Of a stretch of 64,000 nucleotides of DNA, positions 1 through 10,340 are shown one piece after another; positions within the stretch are counted from its first letter, which is position 1; each line of letters begins with the position of its first letter. This DNA comes from a virus. The translations under genes were made by a program, and so were the position numbers. The stretch is taken from positions 6,855 to 70,854 of the IMG/VR virus record IMGVR_UViG_3300003322_000414; one strand, 5' to 3'. Below the pieces are notes generated by a model, which searched no databases, was not told where the DNA came from, and worked only from the letters and a program-made list of their open reading frames with translations.

Positions 1-1965
1 CTCAATCAGGTCCCCGGCATCGTTCTGGACTATTCGGCCGGTCTCATCAGTCCGCCGTTCCAGCCGGTTGACGACGACAAGCTGACCAAGAACAGCGTGG
101 TCGTCAAGGTGGACGGCGGCTCCAGCAGCTCTCCGCAGATGCTGACGAGCGGGCCGATGTCGACGCAGGACCCGCCCGAGGGTGTCGGACTGTACGATGT
201 CGAGTACACGTACAGCCTGGAGAACGTGGCCATCGCAGAGAGCCTCGCCTCGTGGCTGCTGCGGACGGGCACCTTCGACGGTCTGCGCTACACGCGCATC
301 ACACTGGATCTCGCCAACGATCGTGTGTACCAGTACGCAGAGGACATCCTCAGTCTGGACATTGGCGACCTCATGGTGCTGAAGAACCTGCCGAGCGACC
401 TCCCGCCGGACGATGTGCCGCTGATCATCATCGGCTACAGCGAGAGCATGGGACCGGACGAGTGGAAGATCACGTTCGTCTGCATCCCCGGCGAGCCATA
501 CAATGTTGGATCTCTGCCGGGCACGGGTGCCTCTGACGACTTCGCCACGAACGCCGACAACCGGGCCGACCTCACCGGCTCTGTTGTTCTCACGGCAGCC
601 GACTCGGACGACACGTCCGTGGAGGTTGTCCTGGCTGACGACTCGGGTATCCCCTGGGCGAGCGCCTATCCGGTCATCAGCACCAACGCGGCTCTGCGAG
701 CGGGCATCACCAACTGGTCCGCTCAGGGCGGAACGCTGGCTTGGGCCGACGCTCCCGGCAACCCGCCGTTCGACGCGGACAAGGCGGCCAAGTTCACCAG
801 CGACGGTGTGGCGACGATCCAGTCCATCCTCAACGCCTCATCCGCCTCTGGCACGGTGACGCCTGGTCTGGCGTACTACGCCAACGGCTGGATCTACTCG
901 GACGTGGCCATCCGTGCCCGCATCGCGATCAACTGGGCAACCTCGGGCAACGTCTACATCTCGACGTCGAGCGGGTCCACGATCAACATCCAGCCGAACG
1001 TGTGGACTTACCTGTCCAGCTCGATGATTGCTCCGGCGACAGCCGCTCGTGGTGCCATCCACTTCAGCCTGGACGACTCGACCGGAGCTGCGACGGTTCC
1101 GGTGAACGCCAATGTGTACGGCACCGAGGCTCGTCTCCGGCGAGACGGCTCCTCTGTGTACCAGCAGTTCAGCGAGGACGACTTCCCTCTCGCCCTGCGC
1201 ATCGACGGCGAGGTGGTCCGGGCGGACTCCTGTGTGCCCAAGCTGCATGACTCCTTCTTCCGCACGACCGCGAGTGGATGGGGCACGGCCGACTCGGGTC
1301 AGGCCTGGTCCACCGGTGGCGGAGCCGCGAGCGACTACAGCACGGATGCGACCGCGCTGGAAGGCCGACACCTGCTCACGAGTGTCAACGTCTCCAGGCG
1401 AACGTTCATCAGCGACTTCGCGGACGACCTGGACACGACTGTGTTCATCGGTACCGACCAGCTCGCAACCGGAGCCGCCATCACCGGGGCGATCACAGGC
1501 CGGTACGCCGACAGCGACAATATGTACATGGCTCGCATCGAGTTCCTCACGACCGGCTTCCTCACGCTCGGCATTCGTAAGCGCGTTGGCGGAGTCGAGA
1601 CGTCGCTCGGAAGCGTGACCAAGCAGATCGCGCATGTCGTGAATCGTGGATATGGACTTCGCTTCTACATTCGCGGATCGAGTCTCAAGGCTCAACTGTG
1701 GGACAGCACCAATGGTCAGGCTCTTCAGAGGCCGTGGGACCTGGAAGTAACCGACACAGATCTCACGAGCGGAACGCTCCAGGGATTCAGGTCTATCCTG
1801 ATCACAGGCAACACCAATGCGAGTCCGACCGTAGCGTACGCTTTCGCGAAGAACAACTATCCGCAGGTGTTCAACGTGGAGCGTTCCAGGAACGGAGCTG
1901 TCAAGTCGATTCCGGTCGGGGCAGCCGTCAATGTCAACGAGCCGCTGACCACCACCATTCGGTAA
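1..1965 (+). CDS. minor tail protein (5' end lies before the window)
   Basis: Frame is open from base 1 to the stop at 1965; T/G/S/A-rich with beta-type modules; sits in the tail module ahead of lysis genes. Confidence 0.7.
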   Translation, partial: LNQVPGIVLDYSAGLISPPFQPVDDDKLTKNSVVVKVDGGSSSSPQMLTSGPMSTQDPPEGVGLYDVEYTYSLENVAIAESLASWLLRTGTFDGLRYTRITLDLANDRVYQYAEDILSLDIGDLMVLKNLPSDLPPDDVPLIIIGYSESMGPDEWKITFVCIPGEPYNVGSLPGTGASDDFATNADNRADLTGSVVLTAADSDDTSVEVVLADDSGIPWASAYPVISTNAALRAGITNWSAQGGTLAWADAPGNPPFDADKAAKFTSDGVATIQSILNASSASGTVTPGLAYYANGWIYSDVAIRARIAINWATSGNVYISTSSGSTINIQPNVWTYLSSSMIAPATAARGAIHFSLDDSTGAATVPVNANVYGTEARLRRDGSSVYQQFSEDDFPLALRIDGEVVRADSCVPKLHDSFFRTTASGWGTADSGQAWSTGGGAASDYSTDATALEGRHLLTSVNVSRRTFISDFADDLDTTVFIGTDQLATGAAITGAITGRYADSDNMYMARIEFLTTGFLTLGIRKRVGGVETSLGSVTKQIAHVVNRGYGLRFYIRGSSLKAQLWDSTNGQALQRPWDLEVTDTDLTSGTLQGFRSILITGNTNASPTVAYAFAKNNYPQVFNVERSRNGAVKSIPVGAAVNVNEPLTTTIR

Positions 1966-1975
1966 CGGAGGAACT

Positions 1976-2464
1976 GTGTCTGTAGCCCAGTGGCTCGGCG
2001 GCCAGCGTGTCACCGCCGAGCGCCTTCAGGAAATGCTCAACAAGTTCTCGGACTTCACGCCGACGCTGGCTCTGTCCGCCGCCGGAACTCCGCCGTCCTA
2101 CGGCAATGCGACAGTCCTGTGCCGTTGGTCGCAGTCCGGAGACCTCGTCACTGCTCACTACAACATTGTCTGGGGTAGCACCTCGACGTTCGGATCCACT
2201 GGCGTCAACTGGCGCATCGGATTGCCCGTGCCCGCTGCCGCCACGACTCAGGCGACCGGCGTCATCTTCGTGGAGAAGAGCACGGCCAAGCGCTATCCGT
2301 GCCGAGCACGATTCACGACGACGACCGCAATGGAGCTGGAGCTCGCGGGTGGAGCTCCCGACTCCGTCGCAGCCGCTGCAACCGGCATCGTGGACTCGGA
2401 GACTCCGTTCACATGGGCGTCCGGAGACACGTTCAAGGGTGTCATCCGGTACGAGGCTGCGTGA
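1976..2464 (+). CDS. minor tail protein, paralog of the next gene
   Basis: GTG start after GGAGG; N-terminus SVAQWLGGQRVTAERLQEML matches SASNWAGGQLLSAERMENML of 2474-2989; both end in ..YEAA/..YETA. Confidence 0.65.
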   Translation: MSVAQWLGGQRVTAERLQEMLNKFSDFTPTLALSAAGTPPSYGNATVLCRWSQSGDLVTAHYNIVWGSTSTFGSTGVNWRIGLPVPAAATTQATGVIFVEKSTAKRYPCRARFTTTTAMELELAGGAPDSVAAAATGIVDSETPFTWASGDTFKGVIRYEAA

Positions 2465-2473
2465 GGAGGGGCG

Positions 2474-2989
2474 ATGTCTGCAAGTAACTGGGCAGGAGGA
2501 CAGCTGCTCTCCGCAGAGCGCATGGAGAACATGCTCTCGCGCATGGTCGACTTCGTACCCACGTGGGACACCGTCACTGGCAACAACAGGCCGTCGTTCG
2601 GAAACGCAGTGATCAACTGTCGCTTCTCCGTTTCCGGCGACCTGGCCACGGTGCACTACGACATCACATTCGGATCAACTACGAACTTCGGTGCAGCTCC
2701 GACCAATGCCGATGACTGGATCTTCAGCCTTCCGGTAGAGGCTCTTGACGGAGCCGTGATCGTCCAGGCTGTCGGCGAGCTCGTCATCGGAACGACGGCC
2801 GGTGGTGCGCGAGTCACCGGTCGCGCTCGGCTGCACGACAAGAACAACGTCAAGATCGACATCTCAAACGGTCGCCTTGACGCTGGTGCTATCGGAGTGA
2901 ACAACCGAGGCACAACAGACTCGATTTCCCCCTTCACATTCAATGCAGGCTCGTCCGTGAAGGGCGTCATCGAATACGAAACCGCATAG
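2474..2989 (+). CDS. minor tail protein, paralog of the previous gene
   Basis: GAGGAGG RBS; similar to 1976-2464 over its full length. Confidence 0.65.
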   Translation: MSASNWAGGQLLSAERMENMLSRMVDFVPTWDTVTGNNRPSFGNAVINCRFSVSGDLATVHYDITFGSTTNFGAAPTNADDWIFSLPVEALDGAVIVQAVGELVIGTTAGGARVTGRARLHDKNNVKIDISNGRLDAGAIGVNNRGTTDSISPFTFNAGSSVKGVIEYETA

Positions 2990-3006
2990 AGAGGCTCGTA
3001 GGAATT

Positions 3007-3243
3007 ATGGCGAAAGAGATTTACGGATACACGATGTCGCTCCGCAGCACATGGGGCGAGGACGCGTTCGTCGCGAACACCAGCGGAGTCATGATCGCTG
3101 TCGACGCGGACTACGAGCAGGGGCTCTGGGACATGCTGGATGTCATGGACGCGAACATGACCACCAACCAGCCCGGCGGAGCTCCTTACACGCCCAAGCT
3201 CGTCCGTCACGAGCGCGAGGACATCGAGCTGACGCACCCGTAG
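3007..3243 (+). CDS. hypothetical protein
   Basis: RBS, GC3-biased codons, in the tail operon. Confidence 0.6.
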   Translation: MAKEIYGYTMSLRSTWGEDAFVANTSGVMIAVDADYEQGLWDMLDVMDANMTTNQPGGAPYTPKLVRHEREDIELTHP

Positions 3244-3313
3244 CCACCCCAGTAGAACGCGCTTTCGGTCCATTGGGTAAGATTCCTTAGGTCAGCTGAA
3301 AGGAGCCTACGCG

Positions 3314-3514
3314 ATGACAACCCCCGAGGACACGGTCCCCGAGCGTCTCGCTCGTATCGAGACCAAGGTGGACCAGCTCTTGGAGCGCACCAAGGAGGAC
3401 CGGACGGACTTCCGGTCGAGGATCAGAGCGCTGGAGTACTGGCGGTACGGGACAGGAGCGGCGGTGATCGCCTCGGTCGTCAACCTGATTCCTGGTTCGA
3501 CGCCGAAGGGCTGA
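3314..3514 (+). CDS. small protein with coiled coil and C-terminal transmembrane helix (lysis-cassette associated)
   Basis: AAGGAG RBS; ERLARIETKVDQLL coiled coil followed by a hydrophobic C-terminus; directly before the endolysin. Confidence 0.6.
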   Translation: MTTPEDTVPERLARIETKVDQLLERTKEDRTDFRSRIRALEYWRYGTGAAVIASVVNLIPGSTPKG

Positions 3515-3681
3515 GAGCCCGCGTAAGGCCCGAACGGCTGCCCTTGAGGCCCGCGTACCGACTCGGACGCCCCGTGTCGCTACGCGGGCCTCTGCGTCGG
3601 TTTACGAGCCCTCTCCGGAGGCACGCTTCGGGTAGGATTGACAGCGGAACACAATCCGGGGGAGAAAGCAGGGAGCACAAT

Positions 3682-4599
3682 ATGGCAACACCGCTCAGTG
3701 CAGACACGATCCTCACGGTCCTCCGGGCCGAGGGCGTCGAGGTCTTCGAGCACTCCGGATGGAAGACGCACAACCGCGACGCGGCCACGGGCAAGACCTT
3801 CGGCCCTGTCCACGGCGTTCTCATCCACCACACGGCTGGACACAACGACAAGGAGTACTGCTACAACGGCAGCTCCGCCCTTCCGGGTCCGCTGTGCCAC
3901 TCCTGGCTCGGCAAGACCGCCGGTCTCTGGATGATCGGTCACGGCCGAGCCAATCATGCCGGTCTCGTCGACGGCGACGTGCTCAACGCGCTCATCGCCG
4001 AGTCCAGCCCGCTGCCCAAGGACGACTACGCCAACGTCGACGGCAACGACGCTCTGTACGGACTGGAGATGGAGAACTACGGGGACGGCGTGGACCCGTG
4101 GCCGCAGGAGCAGTACGCCATCGCGGTCAAGTGGGCGGCGGCTCTGTGCCGCAAGCACGGCTGGACCGAGCGCTCTGTCGCCGGTCACAAGGAGATGCAG
4201 CCGGGCAAGATCGACCCGACGTTCGACATGGACGACTTCCGGCAGGCCGTCAAGGTCCAGCTCGCGAAGCAGCCCGGCGACGTCATCGTCACGCCGACCC
4301 CGAGCAAGCCGAAGGTGGACCTGTCGCGCCTCGTGTCGGCTGCCAAGACCGACCCCGGTGCCGCTCAGGGCCACGTCACGTACATGGCGGGCACCAACAT
4401 CGTCGAGTGGGCTCTCGTCAAGGAGGGCCTGATGTCCAAGACCTACGCGGGTGACGGCTCGTTCGGTTCGACGACGGTCTCCGCGTACGCGGCCTGGCAG
4501 CGTCGGCTCGGCTACACCGGCTCGGACGCCGACGGCATCCCCGGATCCACGAGCCTGAAGAAGCTCGGAGCCAAGTACGGCTTCGACGTCGTCGCCTAA
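3682..4599 (+). CDS. endolysin: N-acetylmuramoyl-L-alanine amidase (Amidase_2 type) with C-terminal peptidoglycan-binding domain
   Basis: Zn-amidase motifs VLIHHTAG, ANHAG, GHKE..KIDP; C-terminal DGSFGSTT..WQRRLG and DGIPG; start placed at ATG 3682 after GGGAG. Confidence 0.9.
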   Translation: MATPLSADTILTVLRAEGVEVFEHSGWKTHNRDAATGKTFGPVHGVLIHHTAGHNDKEYCYNGSSALPGPLCHSWLGKTAGLWMIGHGRANHAGLVDGDVLNALIAESSPLPKDDYANVDGNDALYGLEMENYGDGVDPWPQEQYAIAVKWAAALCRKHGWTERSVAGHKEMQPGKIDPTFDMDDFRQAVKVQLAKQPGDVIVTPTPSKPKVDLSRLVSAAKTDPGAAQGHVTYMAGTNIVEWALVKEGLMSKTYAGDGSFGSTTVSAYAAWQRRLGYTGSDADGIPGSTSLKKLGAKYGFDVVA

Positions 4600-4608
4600 G
4601 GAGGCAGC

Positions 4609-4842
4609 ATGGCTCTCAGTCACAAGACCAAGGTCACCATCAGAACGGTCATCCAGACGGTCGTGTCCGTCGCTCTCGTCGCCCCGCTGGTCATCGACCA
4701 GGTCGGCGGCACGGAGGCGGCTGGCTGGCTCGCAGGTGTGGCCGCCGTGTCCGCTGTCGTCACTCGGTTCATGGCGTCCGCCGTCGGCCAGAAGCTGATG
4801 GGTGCCCTGAACACCAGCATCGAGAACGACAACAAGAAGTAG
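4609..4842 (+). CDS. holin
   Basis: 77 aa, two hydrophobic helices, charged C-terminus, immediately after the endolysin. Confidence 0.75.
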   Translation: MALSHKTKVTIRTVIQTVVSVALVAPLVIDQVGGTEAAGWLAGVAAVSAVVTRFMASAVGQKLMGALNTSIENDNKK

Positions 4843-4861
4843 AACCTGGAGGAGCTCAGCC

Positions 4862-7800
4862 GTGGCAATCCCCGAAGGAGTCGAGACAGTCACGATCAGC
4901 AGCTGCACGCCGCTGACGCTGCCCGACGGAACCCTCATCCGTGGCCACATCAGGTTCGTGGCCCCTGACCTCAACCTGATCGCGGACGAGGACTACATCT
5001 TCGGTGGTGAGTCTGCGGCTGAGCTCTGCCACGGCGAGTTCAGCATCACGCTGGTCCCACCGGACGCCACGGGCATCACGCCCACTGGCTGGACCTACAC
5101 CGCGATCGCCGAGTTCGTCAACGCGCCCGGATGGACGCGATACGTCGACATCACCAAGGACAACCCGACGGTGTGCTTCGACGACGTGATCGTCCTCACT
5201 CCTGGCGACGTCACCAACCCCGACACGACGTTCGTCCGCAAGGCGGGCGACACCATGACCGGAGCGCTCATCCTCTCCGGCGACCCGGTCGCTCCGCTCC
5301 AGGCGGTGACCAAGCAGTATGTGGACAACGCCTTCGACCCGGACCAGTTCGTAGAGATCACCGGCGACACCATGACCGGTCCGCTGGTCCTGTCGGGCGA
5401 TCCCTCGATTGCTCTTGGCGCTTCCACCAAGCAGTACACCGATGCACAGGCCGCAGCTGCACAGTCTGCAGCCGAAGCGACGGCAGCGGCCGAATCGGTC
5501 TCGTTGACCGGCGACACCATGACCGGTCTCCTCGTGCTCAGCGGGGATCCGGTCGCTGCACTCGGAGCGGCTCCCAAGCAGTACGTTGACCAGGCGGAGG
5601 CGGACGCCGTATCGTCCGCTACGGCCATCGCGGCGGCCGAGTCGGTCAGCCTCTCAGGCGACACGATGACAGGCCCGCTCGTTCTGAGCGGAGCCCCGGC
5701 AATCGGCAACGGAGCGGCGACGAAGGATTACGTCGACGCGCAGGCGGCTGCGGCACAGGCTGCGGCCGAGGCAACGGCGGCTGCGGAGAGCGTCTCCATC
5801 TCCGGTGACACGATGACCGGTGCACTGGTTCTGAACGCGGATCCGCTCGTTGCCCTGGGAGCCGCCACGAAGCAGTATGTGGACCAGGCTCAGGCCGACG
5901 CGGAAGCCAACGCCGCTGCCGAATCGGTGTCCATCGCTGGCGACACGATGACTGGACAGCTCGTTCTCTTCGGCGATCCCAACACCGCGCTCGGTGCCGC
6001 TCCCAAGCAGTATGTCGACGCGGGAGACGCGGCCACCCTCGCGGCGGCTGCTGCCGAGTCGGTGAGCCTGTCCGGCGACACCATGACGGGCGAGCTGGTG
6101 CTCTTCGGAGACCCGACCGTTGCCCTCGGAGCCACGCCGAAGCAGTACGTGGACGGCCTGGACTCGGAGAATGTCAAGCTGACCGGAGACCAGACGATCT
6201 CCGGAATCAAGACGTTCACCAGCATCCCGGTCGGACCCGCCTCCGATCCGGTCTCGAACGACCAGCTCACGCGCAAGTTCTACGTGGACGCGCTGGATGC
6301 CCAGAACGTGAAGCTCACTGGTGACCAGACGGTTGCTGGGATCAAGACCTTCTCCTCCATCCCCGTGCTCCCCGGCTCCGACCCGGTCGCCGCCAACGAG
6401 GCGGTCCGCAAGGCGTATGTGGACACGCTCGATGCACAGAACGTCAAGATCACCGGCAACCAGTCAATCGCCGGGCTGAAGACCTTCACGGACGCACTCG
6501 CCATCACGGACGGGTCCGACGTCAATCTGCTGACCGTCACGCAGACCAACGTGGCGGCGACGGCGGGCGTAATGAAGCTCGTGGCCGGTAACGCCGCGCA
6601 GCAGGCTTTCCTCGGCTCTTACCAGGGAGCGGCGGCCAACTCCTGGGCCATCCGGGCGGACGGCCGCTACGAGGCCGGAGACGGCACCGGAGCGCGGGAC
6701 ACGCTGCTGGCTCGCATCGCTGCTGGCGTCTGGCAGGCCACATCTCAGATCCGCGTCACTGGCTCGGCTCCCAGCAACGCGGCCGACCTGACGCGCAAGG
6801 ACTATGTCGACGGTCTCGACGCGCAGAACGTCAAGCTGACTGGCGACCAGTCCATCGGCGGGATCAAGACGTTCACGTCGTCGCCGATCGTGCCCGATCC
6901 GACCACCGATCAGCAGGCTGCCAGCAAGGCATACGTCGACACCGGAGACGACGCCCGCGTCGCTGTCGCCGGAGACACCATGACGGGTGCTCTCGTTCTG
7001 TACGGCGACCCGATGGCTCCGCTGGAGGCGGCCACACAGCAGTACGTGGACCAGCAGGCCGACGCAGCCCAGGCTGCTGCTGAAGCGACCGCAGCTGCAG
7101 AGTCCGTCTCGGTCACTGGCGACACGATGACGGGGCCGCTCGTCCTGTCCGGCGACCCGGCCACGGACCTCGAAGCCGCACCCAAGCAGTACGTGGACAA
7201 CACGATCGATGCGGAGCTGCTCGCACAGCTCGGACTCTCGACCGGCATCCTGCTCGGCGGCGAGCTCAACGTCAACGTTGGCGACGACACGATGGTCGAC
7301 ATCGGAGACACCTACGGCGTCGTCGTCGACTACGTGGACACGCCGACCGCTCCGACCGTGACCAAGGTGACGTTCGCTGCGACGACCGTGACCATCACCA
7401 ACCTGTCCGAGCCGATCACCTGGCTGCTCATCGACGACACGGGCACTCTCTCGCAGCAGACGACTCGGCCGACCAACACTCAGCGCAGGACGCACCTGGT
7501 CCTCGGCGGCGTCCTGGTCGCGGGTGGCGGCATCATCCAGGACCAGAGCCTGCCCAACTACCCGCCTCAGGCCCTGAACCAGCTGTACGACCTGATGGAC
7601 GCGCTCGGTCCGTTCAACGTCACCGGCAACCTGCTCACTCCTGCTGGTGCGAATCTGCAGCTTGCCAAGACTGCTGGCACCGTGTTCAACCGAGGCTTCA
7701 ACCACTTCGCCGGGGCAACGCTGACGCGGGATCCGCACATCTCGTCCACGGCCGCTCAGAACCCGGTCACGATGCGGTATGTGACGCAGGTTCCGGCTGC

Positions 7801-9358
7801 ACCTGTGGCGACCGTGACAGTCGTGGACCCGACGATGTACGATGTTGCCGGCACGATCACGGCCGTGCCCGGCGGCTCAGCCACGTCTACCATCCAGCGG
7901 GTGTACATCACTCCGCTCAACGAGGTCACGCAGCAGGTCGTCATCCAGTACGGCCAGACGGCGTACGCGAGCCTGGACGCGGCCATCGCTGCGATCGGCA
8001 ACCAGACGTTCGTCAAGAACCCCAACCTGGCCGACGCAACGCTCCTCGGTTACGTCGTCACCAAGAAGAGCTGCACCAACCTGTCGGTCGCTGCCGATGC
8101 GCGAGTGATCCAGGCGGCGAGGCTCAGCGGGAACTCCGCCGGTTCGGGAGACAGCCTCTCGCTGGCTCTCCTGCTCACGGGCGGGACGATGACGGGCGAC
8201 CTCGTCCTCGCTGCGGACCCCGACCAGCCCCTGGAGGCGGCGACAAAGCAGTACGTTGACGCGGGCGACGCCACGGCCGTCAAGTTGACCGGTGACCAGA
8301 CTGTCGCTGGGATCAAGACGTTCTCGTCCATCCCTGTCCTCCCGGCCTCGGACCCGACGACCGCGAACCAGGCGACGCGCAAGTCGTATGTCGACACTCT
8401 CGACGGTGCGAACGTCAAGCTGACCGGAGCACAGACCGTGGCCGGTGTCAAGACGTTCTCGTCTATCCCGGTCGGTCCGGCGACGAACCCCACGACTGCC
8501 AACCAGCTGACCCGCAAGGACTACGTCGACACGGGCGACGCGACGAACGCCTCTGCCATCACGACCCTCGACGGACAGGTCGTCAAGCTCACCGGAGACC
8601 AGTCGGTTGCCGGCATCAAGACGTTCAGCTCGATCCCTGTGGGACCGGCGAGCGATCCGACCACCGACAACCAGCTCACCAGGAAGCTGTATGTCGACAG
8701 CGGCATCGCCGTCGTCTCGGGCGACCTGGCCACGCTCGACGGCGAAGTCGTCAAGCTCACGGGTGACCAGAGCGTCGCGGGCATCAAGACCTTCTCCAGC
8801 ATCCCGGTCCTGCCGGCAAGCAACCCCACGACAGACAACCAGGCCACTCGCAAGCTGTACGTCGACACGCTTGATGGCGCCAACGTCAAGCTGACCGGCA
8901 ACCAGAGCATCTCCGGCGTCAAGACATTCTCCAGCGGAATCAGTGTCACAGCCGGTCTCGGATCCGACCGGTTCGCCAGGAAGACGGCGAACACCTCTCG
9001 TTCGAGCACGACCACGACCACTGTCGACCCGCATCTCGTGATCGCCGTCGAGGCGAATGCGACATACAACGTATTGGCCAACTTGGTTTGGCGTCCGTCC
9101 GGATCTGGCGGATTCCGATTCAAGTTCACCGGCCCCTCTGGAGCCGAGATGATTTATGTCGACAACGACAGCGGATCGGTTCTGACGATCAACTCCGAGC
9201 TGACGTTCAACGTCACCACCGGAGCCAGCGTTGGAGGAATCCTTGTTACCGGAGGAACGGCCGGTAACCTGTCCCTGTTCTGGGCTCAGAATGTCTCGAA
9301 CGCCACCGCCACCGTTCTCAACGAGCACTCCTCCGTCTGGGCTCGTCGGGTAGCATAA
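4862..9358 (+). CDS. large repeat-rich tail fibre / virion appendage protein
   Basis: 1498 aa; 10 GDTMTGxLxLxxDP..KxYVD repeats and 9 VKLTGxQxxxGxKTF repeats, motif types typical of phage fibre shafts. Confidence 0.75.
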   Translation: MAIPEGVETVTISSCTPLTLPDGTLIRGHIRFVAPDLNLIADEDYIFGGESAAELCHGEFSITLVPPDATGITPTGWTYTAIAEFVNAPGWTRYVDITKDNPTVCFDDVIVLTPGDVTNPDTTFVRKAGDTMTGALILSGDPVAPLQAVTKQYVDNAFDPDQFVEITGDTMTGPLVLSGDPSIALGASTKQYTDAQAAAAQSAAEATAAAESVSLTGDTMTGLLVLSGDPVAALGAAPKQYVDQAEADAVSSATAIAAAESVSLSGDTMTGPLVLSGAPAIGNGAATKDYVDAQAAAAQAAAEATAAAESVSISGDTMTGALVLNADPLVALGAATKQYVDQAQADAEANAAAESVSIAGDTMTGQLVLFGDPNTALGAAPKQYVDAGDAATLAAAAAESVSLSGDTMTGELVLFGDPTVALGATPKQYVDGLDSENVKLTGDQTISGIKTFTSIPVGPASDPVSNDQLTRKFYVDALDAQNVKLTGDQTVAGIKTFSSIPVLPGSDPVAANEAVRKAYVDTLDAQNVKITGNQSIAGLKTFTDALAITDGSDVNLLTVTQTNVAATAGVMKLVAGNAAQQAFLGSYQGAAANSWAIRADGRYEAGDGTGARDTLLARIAAGVWQATSQIRVTGSAPSNAADLTRKDYVDGLDAQNVKLTGDQSIGGIKTFTSSPIVPDPTTDQQAASKAYVDTGDDARVAVAGDTMTGALVLYGDPMAPLEAATQQYVDQQADAAQAAAEATAAAESVSVTGDTMTGPLVLSGDPATDLEAAPKQYVDNTIDAELLAQLGLSTGILLGGELNVNVGDDTMVDIGDTYGVVVDYVDTPTAPTVTKVTFAATTVTITNLSEPITWLLIDDTGTLSQQTTRPTNTQRRTHLVLGGVLVAGGGIIQDQSLPNYPPQALNQLYDLMDALGPFNVTGNLLTPAGANLQLAKTAGTVFNRGFNHFAGATLTRDPHISSTAAQNPVTMRYVTQVPAAPVATVTVVDPTMYDVAGTITAVPGGSATSTIQRVYITPLNEVTQQVVIQYGQTAYASLDAAIAAIGNQTFVKNPNLADATLLGYVVTKKSCTNLSVAADARVIQAARLSGNSAGSGDSLSLALLLTGGTMTGDLVLAADPDQPLEAATKQYVDAGDATAVKLTGDQTVAGIKTFSSIPVLPASDPTTANQATRKSYVDTLDGANVKLTGAQTVAGVKTFSSIPVGPATNPTTANQLTRKDYVDTGDATNASAITTLDGQVVKLTGDQSVAGIKTFSSIPVGPASDPTTDNQLTRKLYVDSGIAVVSGDLATLDGEVVKLTGDQSVAGIKTFSSIPVLPASNPTTDNQATRKLYVDTLDGANVKLTGNQSISGVKTFSSGISVTAGLGSDRFARKTANTSRSSTTTTTVDPHLVIAVEANATYNVLANLVWRPSGSGGFRFKFTGPSGAEMIYVDNDSGSVLTINSELTFNVTTGASVGGILVTGGTAGNLSLFWAQNVSNATATVLNEHSSVWARRVA

Positions 9359-9401
9359 GGTCCGAGGGCGGATGCGTGTCCGCCCAAGGAACGGAGCGAC
9401 C

Positions 9402-10340
9402 GTGTCAGAGCTGAAGCTGTACATCCTCGGCTATCCCCAGGAGTTCCGTGGGAACCACTGGAAGCGGGATGTGGAGAAGGCTGCTCGGAAGCTCGGCTGG
9501 GATGTGACCCACAGAGCCGCACAGGCGGCTCGAACGGAAGAGGTCCTGCGTGAGTGCAAAGACGCGGACCTCTTCCTGTGGTTGCGGACGCATCGCAACG
9601 ATCCACACGACGACGCATACGCGATGCTCCGCCGGATCGAGGACGCCGGGGTTCCGACTGTCGGAATGCACATGGACCTGTACTGGAACCTGCCCCAGCG
9701 AGAGCCGCTCGTGAACATCCAGCAGAATCCGTGGTGGTCGTGTCAGCGCGTCTACACGGCGGACGGAGGGCACCAGGCCGAGTTCGCCGAGCGAGGCATC
9801 AACCACTTCTGGATGCCGCCTGCTATGGGTGACGACCACTTCGGACTCGCCACGCTCCCTGTGCGGTGCAGATTCAAGAAGCGCTATGTGTTCGTGGGCA
9901 GCAACTCGCGAGGCATCCATGGTCCGCACCGTTCGGAGTTGATCCGCTGGGCTCGTCGCCGGTTCGGCCCCGGCTTCCAGCACTACGGCCAGCACAACAA
10001 GGTGTACAACGAGGATCTGAGCCAGGTGTACGCCGTGGCCAGGGTCGCGTTCGGCGACTCGGCAGAGGCGGACCGGTACTGGTCTGACCGTGTCCCAACC
10101 ACCATGGGACGCGGCGGAGTGCTGGCCTATCCCAACACGCCGGGGCTCGCTGAGCAGGGCTACAACGACGAGAACATGATTCTGTTCGACCGGTTCGACT
10201 TCGACACGCTCAGCTACAAGATCTCGGCCATGGACAACGACGACTTCGACCGGATGCGAGAGGCCGCGCTCACTGTCACGGAAGAACGACACATGTGGCG
10301 GCACAGGCTGCTGCAGATCAAGGAGGAGGTTCTGGGATGA
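9402..10340 (+). CDS. glycosyltransferase (GT-B, CgeB/Glyco_trans_1_2-like)
   Basis: C-terminal YWSDRVPTTMGRGGVL...RHMWRHR resembles this family; GTG 9402 after GGAG (ATG 9372 is an alternative start). Confidence 0.7.
   Translation: MSELKLYILGYPQEFRGNHWKRDVEKAARKLGWDVTHRAAQAARTEEVLRECKDADLFLWLRTHRNDPHDDAYAMLRRIEDAGVPTVGMHMDLYWNLPQREPLVNIQQNPWWSCQRVYTADGGHQAEFAERGINHFWMPPAMGDDHFGLATLPVRCRFKKRYVFVGSNSRGIHGPHRSELIRWARRRFGPGFQHYGQHNKVYNEDLSQVYAVARVAFGDSAEADRYWSDRVPTTMGRGGVLAYPNTPGLAEQGYNDENMILFDRFDFDTLSYKISAMDNDDFDRMREAALTVTEERHMWRHRLLQIKEEVLG

Noticed and set aside
5240-8940. Fibre-gene DNA repeats as a diversity-generating retroelement or invertible system
   Set aside because: No reverse transcriptase or invertase, no adenine-specific mismatch pattern noticed; repeats are in-frame protein repeats
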